Shown here piece after piece: positions 1-5,640 of a stretch of DNA of 5,640 nucleotides. The notes beneath the pieces are model-generated. The model had not been told where the DNA came from. It saw only the letters and a list, made by a program, of their open reading frames with translations, and searched no databases. The stretch is from positions 1 to 5,640 of the forward strand of contig BAAFSQ010000474.1 in assembly GCA_054661495.1 (NCBI GenBank), given 5' to 3'. The stretch comes from Zygophlyctis sp. KS116. Lineage: Eukaryota > Fungi > Chytridiomycota. A program made the translations under genes and the position numbers. Within the stretch, counting starts at the first letter, position 1. Each line of letters begins with the position of its first letter.

Positions 1-165
1 CCTTGCTGTGCCTGTTGTGGATAGCCTTGCTGTGCCTGTTGACTCTGCGGAGAATGGCCTTGTTGAGAATAGCCCTGCTGTGCCTGTTGTCCTTGTTGGG
101 GATATCCCGGTTGCGCCTGTTGTGCCGGCTGTGCCTGTTGAGGATTTCCTTGCTGCCCTTGCTGG
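1..165 (-). repeat. Imperfect coding tandem repeat with QQAQQGYP-type units
   Basis: Plus strand ccttgctgtgcctgttg at 1-17 and 25-41 (24-nt period). The core gctgtgcctgttg recurs near 77 and 128. It encodes QQAQQGYP/QQAQQGYS/QQAQPGYP. Confidence 0.85.
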
Positions 166-377
166 CTGGTCGCATATACTCTCCTAGCTCTGGCAGGCCT
201 GGGCGCGCTCTGTTGGCCAATATTCAACTGTCCCATTGGTTGAGAGAGAGAGGAATCATGAATTGGAGAAGTTTCTGGAGAGCCATCCGGTATAGAAGTT
301 GGCCTGATTCCATTAGCTGACGCTTGGCCAGGAGCAGAAGGTCTAAAGTTTGGTCTATTAGGATAATTCTGCTGCAT
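1..377 (-). CDS. 5' part of a gene running off the left edge; low-complexity Q/G/P/A/Y-rich N-terminus, possibly COPII coat Sec24 family
   Basis: ATG at 377-375 and no stop to the window edge (125 codons): MQQNYPNRPNFRPSAPGQ...QPMGQLNIGQQSAPRPARARRVYATSQQGQQ...QQAQQGYPQQAQQ. RRVYA resembles the KKRVYP motif of yeast Sec24 and QPMGQLNI resembles motifs of fungal Sec24 N-termini. No folded domain lies in the window, so the family call is tentative. Confidence 0.8.
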   Translation of the reverse strand, partial: MQQNYPNRPNFRPSAPGQASANGIRPTSIPDGSPETSPIHDSSLSQPMGQLNIGQQSAPRPARARRVYATSQQGQQGNPQQAQPAQQAQPGYPQQGQQAQQGYSQQGHSPQSQQAQQGYPQQAQQ

Positions 378-537
378 TTAATTTTTTATGACACGGAAAA
401 GCGTAATTGTGGCTTAAACACTTGATCTTAAATGTATTATGATCATGATATTAGTAATGAAATAAACTTGTTACATCATCATTGTATTCATCATCTGGTG
501 TTACGTCAGTCACTTCCCACCTTTTTTTAAAACTGAA

Positions 538-1068
538 ATGTTTGCTTATTTAACTGCTGCTCTCTTCTTTACTTCAATTATTGCTCCACCTCCTCGACAG
601 TCAGGGATTTGCGGTGATAGCCAAATCACCTTTGACTATCATTATTTTAATTCAATAGCCAATAACAAGATTGCAGATCTTGATTCTATTGATGTCGGAC
701 GAATTATAAATTTTCCACATTTCACCTATAGCAAAAAAACTCATACGCAGGTTAGTCAAGTTAGAATAAAAAGTGATGATACATTGTGGGACATCTCCCA
801 GAATCACTATCTAAACATCAAGTATTCTAATCGTCTAACTCCGTTTTATATTATACAATCTGGTGATTACTTGTACAAGATTGCAGAATACTTTGTAAAG
901 GAAGATCAAATTGATGAAGCTGTAAAATCATTAGTTGCGATCAACTCGATTGAAGATCCGGATTCGATCGATGAAGGTGGATTGTTGAAATTGCCAAAAG
1001 AATTCAAATCATTTCGTCCTGGCTTCAATCCCTCAAAAAAATTTGCAAGAATCGTTAAATGTCGGTAA
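538..1068 (+). CDS. Secreted LysM-domain protein (176 aa, apparently intronless)
   Basis: Hydrophobic N-terminus MFAYLTAALFFTSIIA. Complete LysM at about aa 103-153 (YIIQSGDYLYKIA...LVAINSIEDPDSIDEGGLLKLP). Partial LysM pieces IANNKIADLDSIDVGRIINFP and VRIKSDDTLWDISQ. AATAAA at 1099-1104. Confidence 0.85.
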   Translation: MFAYLTAALFFTSIIAPPPRQSGICGDSQITFDYHYFNSIANNKIADLDSIDVGRIINFPHFTYSKKTHTQVSQVRIKSDDTLWDISQNHYLNIKYSNRLTPFYIIQSGDYLYKIAEYFVKEDQIDEAVKSLVAINSIEDPDSIDEGGLLKLPKEFKSFRPGFNPSKKFARIVKCR

Positions 1069-1287
1069 AGGCCTACACTTCAATTACGATAAAGATTTAA
1101 TAAAGCCTTCTTTGCTAATTTATGAAATTTTCCAGATTGACGTAATAATGATTAGAAAGATTTTCATCATTTTCAGTTAAAATGATTGTCAGAAAGCCCT
1201 TTTGATCAGAAACTCGATCGGACAAGAGCGATCGGACGTTGATTCAGTTGATTAATTTTTTGTACATCACTTCATTATTTATTCTTA

Positions 1288-1900
1288 ATGCCAAGCTACA
1301 CCTTAAATATATGCATCTTGCCTCTAGAAATCAAATGGGAAATAATAAAACACTTGGACATTAAGTCTGCACGCCGTGTTTCAACAATCTTGGGATTATC
1401 ACTGACTGATGTGTACAGATATTATTCATTTGAACTTGAATCCGATACAAAAGAACTTTTTCCAGTTTTAAAAGAAATTTCTGGCTTAATTCAAGAAAAT
1501 GCATGCTTTTATCAAGCACTCTTACTCAATAAACGTTTTCAAAAGATTGATGCAAATTATTCACTTTTACTTGCTGCTGGATTTGAATTAACTCAACAAT
1601 TGGAAAGTCTATTAAAAAACCCATCTGTGGATCCTCAATGGTAATTAATAAATATTTATTCATAGTTGGAATAATATGCCTCTATTAGTCTCTGCAGCAA
1701 ATGGGAAAACTAGAATAGTCTCGCTATTATTAAAAGACGGTCGTATAGATCCATCTGTATTAAATAACTCTGCTTTGGATTTAGCAATAAAGTTTGGACA
1801 TTCAGAGATTATATCAATTTTGGAGACTGATGATCGAGTCAAGCAGCTGGACAATTTTGAAGAGCTGATTTCTAAAAAGAGTCAAATTTTATCTGGATAA
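1288..1900 (+). CDS. F-box + ankyrin-repeat protein, join(1288..1640,1666..1900), 195 aa
   Basis: F-box-like LPLEIKWEIIKHLDIKSARRVS. Removing intron 1641-1665 fuses the two track ORFs in frame and restores ankyrin repeats: VDPQCWNNMPLLVSAANGKTRIVSLLLKDGR and IDPSVLNNSALDLAIKFGHSEIISIL. AATAAA at 1966-1971. Confidence 0.85.
1641..1665 (+). other. 25-nt GT-AG intron (phase 2)
   Basis: gtaattaataaatatttattcatag; removal restores the frame and the DP-x-x-x-NN ankyrin register. Confidence 0.85.
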
Positions 1901-2174
1901 CGTTCCAAAATTTGTAAAAAATTTCCTGTAATTTATTTGGAACGCCTAGGCCTAAAAAGTAGTGCAATAAATCTTCCCTGCTAAATACAACCTTTAGCTC
2001 TCTTTCTCTATGAGTCTTTTAAAATAAACTCGACTGTAAGAGTGAACTTTTGATTAAAAGGAAATCAAATTAAACCTAAAGGTGTATAAAATTCGTTTAT
2101 TATTACGAGTTAAGATTTAAAGAAAATTCTCACAACTACAGTCTAGGACAAACCCAAACTCTTTAAAAAAACCG

Positions 2175-3322
2175 ATGCCCAAAGTCGATCATAAATCTTT
2201 TAATTCGTCAAAGGAGATGCTGGATGCAAAGACCAGTGCTAAAATTCTTTCATTAGCAAGGGCACAGCAAGAGGAATTATCTCCCCCTGTTCAAGATCAG
2301 CATGATCAAGTAAAGATTGACAAGATTAATAGACCGCAAGACTCTGATTCAGAGGCCGATGAAGTTACCTGGGAAAATGCTTTTGAAGATTTGGAAATAG
2401 ATAATTCTGATGCACAAGTTCTTGAAAAATTCTCATCGGGAATACAGCTGTCCGATCTCGTTCTAAAGAAATTAAATGAAATTCCACAAGACGAAGAAGC
2501 TATCAATCCAAAAATTGTTCAGGTTTATGAAAAAGTAGGATCTATATTGTCTAGATACAGATCAGGACCCCTTCCAAAGGCATTTAAAATTATTCCTACT
2601 CTCAAAAATTGGGAAGATATTCTATTTTTGACTAATCCAGAAGGTTGGTCACCTCAGGCTTTATATCAGGCTACTAGAATTTTTGTTTCAAACTTGAAGG
2701 ATAAAATGGCTCATAGATTTTTCAATTTAATTTTATTAGACAGGGTTCGTGATGATATACAACAGAATAAGAAATTAAATGTTCACTTGTATATGTCGCT
2801 CAAAAAAGGTTTATATAAACCAGCTGCATTTTTTAAAGGATTTTTGTTTCCACTATGTGAATACGGAAATGGAACTCTAAGGGAAGCTGCAATTATTGGT
2901 TCAGTCTTATCAAAGGTATCTATTCCAGTTTTGCATTCTGCAGCTGCCTTATTGAAGATTGCTGAAATGGACTATACAGGTCCAAATTCTCTCTTTATTC
3001 GGATTTTGCTTGATAAGAAATATGCTCTTCCATACAAGGTGGTGGATAGTCTTGTCTTTCATTTTATTGGATTTAAGAATGATTCAAGAGAACTGCCTGT
3101 TTTATGGCATCAATCGCTACTTGTCTTTGTTCAAAGGTATACAAGTGATTTTTTTTAACTGTTAGGTATAAGTCTGATATAACTCCAGAACAAAAGGATT
3201 CATTGATGGATCTCATAAAATTCAAGAATCATAAAGATATTTCCTCTGAAATACGCAGGGAATTGGTATCTGCTACTCCAAGGGGCGAAATGTTAGCCGA
3301 GCCCATGGATTTTAGCTTTTAA
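2175..3322 (+). CDS. ENP1: Bystin / essential nuclear protein 1 (40S biogenesis), join(2175..3136,3166..3322), 372 aa
   Basis: Hallmark motifs KILSLARAQQEE, YRSGPLPKAFKIIP, YQATRIFVSN, LYKPAAFFKGFLFPL, SIPVLHSAAALLKIAEM, LLDKKYALPYKVVD and LPVLWHQSLLVFVQRY. Exon 2 supplies the conserved end RYKSDITPEQKDSLMDLIKFKNHKDISSEIRRELVS. Start at 2175 (MPK) is plausible, but the frame is open back to 2121. Confidence 0.96.
3137..3165 (+). other. 29-nt GT-AG intron in bystin (phase 2)
   Basis: gtatacaagtgattttttttaactgttag; TTAAC branch-like motif; in-frame TAA; removal restores QRYKSDIT. Confidence 0.92.
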
Positions 3323-4813
3323 CCAGATTCCATTGACACAATTGGACCAATTGAAGAATAATTCAGCCCTTGTTTAACATAATCTGATAATTTCTGAAAG
3401 GCTGATTGAATCATACATTCTTGCGTACAATCATGAGACAAAATAGTTTTAATAATACTAAGACGCCAATTCTACAAATTACTATTCTAGCTTTGAGTTA
3501 CCTTTCCAATCAAACTTGATTCTGTCGATCGATTTATAAGCAAGTAAAACAATTCATGATTTGCAATAATTGGTATTCCCCATGGATGAGAGACAATTCC
3601 TTTCAAAAGTGCATATGCATTATAACGCATTTCATCAAAAGGGCTCTTCCAGTAATTTTGAATATCATGAAGACATGTCGTCAATAAATCATAAACAATT
3701 TTACACCTTGTAGAATCATCAAGCTCTAGAGGGCTCTCTCTATCAAGCAAACATGACAAACTTTGCATACAAGTAGACTTTAATTGGTTTGTAGATTCTT
3801 TATAGACGTTTGCAAATGTATCCAAAATCAATGAATGCTTTAGAATTATCTCCAGACCTACATTGTGAGATCCCAAGTTCCCCAACATAGTTATTGAATG
3901 AATCTTCAACTCTTCGCGCCCACTACAAAATATTTCATTTAGTCTATCTAGTATTTGAAAGCTAGAGAGGATTGAATTCAAATCTACATTTTTAAGCAAG
4001 ACTAAAGACGACCAGAACTTGATTACTGCACAAACTTTCAAATAATCATCTGTAGAATGACAATCACCTTGAAAAATCGTATTCAATTCTACAAAAACAT
4101 CTGTTTTTTCCAAAAAATATACACCATTCTCTATTTGAGCCATCTTTTTATAAAATATAAAATTATTACTTCTGCCGCCATCTCAATAACATTCAAAACC
4201 ACTAAAAGATCACTAGACTTGAACCCATTTATCCAACTTCTAATCAGTGTAGAGTCTAAAATCTTTGATAAATGTTCATTTGATACACAAGCCACTCTAA
4301 TCACCAAATCAAAACATCTTATTTTTAGAGTATTATTTTGATTCATAAAGTGAATAATCTGATTCAAAGCTTCTTCACTTGTCAAATATCCTGAATCAAG
4401 CCTTGAAATTCTAAAGAGTATTTCAGTAGCTTGTTTATGATGATCTGTCTGCAGATAGTTTAATAACAAGTAAGAATCATTTTGCGATTTCCAAGAAATA
4501 ATATCAGCGTTTGTCTTTAAAGAATTCGATAAAATCTCCAACAGAAATCCAGAGTATTCAGATGGATTTGATAACTGACTCATAAACCATTGCAATGCGT
4601 CCGGTCCAATATTTTCCCATTTATCAAATATTCTCTTCAAGAAATACGCAACTGGAACTTGCACTTGCTGATTCAACAAGAAAGGGCAAAGATCCGCAAT
4701 CGACGGAAGATTGGTAGATAAAGATTTTCGGCAAGACTCATAGGCTTCCCATAATTCAGAATCTGTAAATGTCATCTAGAGTTAAGTCAAATGAAACTTG
4801 CCTGATATGTCAT
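3319..4813 (-). CDS. PSMD5: 26S proteasome non-ATPase regulatory subunit 5 (S5b/Hsm3 assembly chaperone); complement(join(3319..3471,3502..4143,4170..4775,4802..4813)), 470 aa, or 466 aa if it starts at 4775
   Basis: The spliced protein matches remembered PSMD5 motifs: KIRCFDLVIRVACVS...DLLVVLNVIEMAAE|MAQIENGVYFLEK; SPFDEMRYNAYALLKGIVSHPWG; LINRSTESSLIGK|NWRLSIIKTIL...LSDYVKQGLNY...VSMESG*. The first micro-exon (MTYQ) is less certain. Confidence 0.85.
3472..3501 (-). other. 30-nt GT-AG intron in PSMD5 (phase 0, 3n, in-frame stops)
   Basis: GTAACTCAAAGCTAGAATAGTAATTTGTAG; two in-frame TAG; the downstream exon encodes a PSMD5-like C-terminus. Confidence 0.88.
4144..4169 (-). other. 26-nt GT-AG intron in PSMD5 (phase 0)
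   Basis: GTAATAATTTTATATTTTATAAAAAG; joins the 214-aa and 218-aa track ORFs in frame. Confidence 0.9.
4776..4801 (-). other. Probable 26-nt GC-AG intron at the 5' end of PSMD5
   Basis: ATGACATATCAG|GCAAGTTTCATTTGACTTAACTCTAG|ATGACATTT: textbook CAG/GCAAGT donor, TTAAC branch-like motif, TAG acceptor, same size as the other introns, in-frame join. Confidence 0.65.
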
Positions 4814-4843
4814 GATAAGGGCAGAGGTTATTAAATATTTTCA
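4814..4843. promoter_or_regulatory. Very short divergent spacer between the PSMD5 and uL13m start codons
   Basis: 30 nt (gataagggcagaggttattaaatattttca) between ATG 4813(-) and ATG 4844(+); promoter role is inferred from position only. Confidence 0.45.
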
Positions 4844-5421
4844 ATGAGTGGATTGACTCATGCAAGATTGTGGCACTTGGTCGATGCATCTGATAAGATT
4901 CTTGGGAAGCTGGCAAACAGAGTATCGATAGCACTTAGGGGAAAATACAAGCCAACATTCAATGGCGCTCGTAATAATATTCTTTTTTAAATGAAATAGA
5001 AGATTGTGGAGATTATGTTGTAGTAATTAATGCAAGAAAAGTACATCTGACAGGATCAAAGGCAGATCAAAAAGAGTATAAATGGCATACCGGGTGGCCA
5101 GGAGGTTTAAAGACTGCTACTTATGCTCAGAAAATGATTAAACATCCAGATTTTCCAATTAAAAAGGCAGTTTATGGGATGCTTCCTAGAAATAGACTGC
5201 GCTCAAGACAAATGAGAAGGCTATTTGTTTTTCCAGATTCACATCATCCATATGAAGAAAATATTCTCAAAGACTATGAAAATTATGATGGATATTCACT
5301 CTCTGACAAAATTTCTAAATTAATGGAAGAATCAAGTGAATCCAACAAAGTGTCTAAAGATGCTTCAGCTGAACCAAAACCCGAAGTGTCTACAGGTGCT
5401 TCTAGCGTAGAGCAAAAATAA
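4844..5421 (+). CDS. MRPL13: Mitochondrial large-subunit ribosomal protein uL13m (yeast MrpL23 orthologue), join(4844..4970,5000..5421), 182 aa
   Basis: [42 protein letters not shown](Q)[37 protein letters not shown]...[30 protein letters not shown] are bacterial-type L13 motifs, with an ARLWH N-terminus like fungal mitochondrial L13. AATAAA overlaps the stop (5417-5422). Confidence 0.95.
4971..4999 (+). other. 29-nt GT-AG intron in uL13m (phase 1)
   Basis: gtaataatattcttttttaaatgaaatag; in-frame TAA; removal restores the conserved QDCGDY. Confidence 0.92.
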
Positions 5422-5640
5422 ATACAGTGTTTAGTTTTAGATTTGGGTTGTTATGAGGCGAAAAAGAAGAAAAAAAAGAAAATGAACAAGGGTTCTTCTG
5501 TAAAAAAAGTAAGAAACTTGAAGATCAGGAGTGATGATTTTATTTTATCTCTTCTTTCCTTTGAAATGAACGACTCTGATTTTAGAGATTCACTTTAGCC
5601 AGTGTCCAATCTGACCTGATCAATCATTTAACTAATTTAT

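Noticed and set aside
1-165. Repeats as a CRISPR array or satellite
   Set aside because: In-frame degenerate coding repeats without unique spacers.
3-320. 105-aa Leu/Cys/Arg-rich plus-strand ORF
   Set aside because: Antisense shadow of the Gln-rich minus-strand gene (CAA/CAG read as TTG/CTG); it begins at TTG, not ATG.
1660-1854. 64-aa minus-strand ORF
   Set aside because: Antisense to ankyrin exon 2; no motif.
2306-2506. 66-aa Ser-rich minus-strand ORF
   Set aside because: Antisense shadow of the acidic region of bystin.
2959-3165. 68-aa alternative-frame ORF
   Set aside because: Lies within the most conserved part of bystin; no independent support.
3339-3353. Near-perfect palindrome CAATTGGACCAATTG close to the shared stop
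   Set aside because: Lies in PSMD5 coding sequence (SIGPIV) and has only a 1-nt centre; chance cannot be excluded.
4057-4341. 94-aa plus-strand ORF
   Set aside because: Antisense to PSMD5 and crosses its intron.
1288-4775. Split ORFs read as pseudogenes, programmed frameshifts or stop-codon reassignment
   Set aside because: Each break is resolved exactly by a GT-AG intron of similar size, and TAA terminates the conserved proteins at the expected places.
538-5421. Bacterial or phage origin of the whole window (LysM, L13, tight packing)
   Set aside because: Bystin and PSMD5 are eukaryote-specific, L13 is the mitochondrial type and has an intron, and there is no adjacent rpsI.
5422-5640. Purine-rich A tract with short open frames on both strands (poly-Lys / poly-Phe)
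   Set aside because: Low complexity, with no convincing start, splice model or motif; it cannot be called from this window.

Overview
This is AT-rich eukaryotic nuclear DNA from a very compact genome using the standard genetic code, most plausibly an early-diverging zoosporic fungus (chytrid or rozellid-like; inference). The ORF track is fragmented because the genes carry ultra-short 25-30 nt spliceosomal introns. Manual splicing gives six genes: (1) the 5' end of a minus-strand gene with a Q/G/P/Y-rich N-terminus, possibly Sec24 family, missing from the ORF track; (2) an intronless secreted LysM protein whose LysM cores look bacterial and lack Cys; (3) a small F-box + ankyrin protein with 1 intron; (4) bystin/ENP1 with 1 intron; (5) the proteasome chaperone PSMD5/S5b/Hsm3 on the minus strand, with 2 GT-AG introns and a probable 26-nt GC-AG intron; (6) mitochondrial ribosomal protein uL13m with 1 intron. 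Notable points: micro-introns with an A near position -8; bystin and PSMD5 ending in the same TTAA palindrome; only about 30 nt between the divergent PSMD5 and uL13m starts; and an accessory LysM + F-box/ankyrin pair among housekeeping genes. All homology calls rest on remembered motifs; no searches were run.
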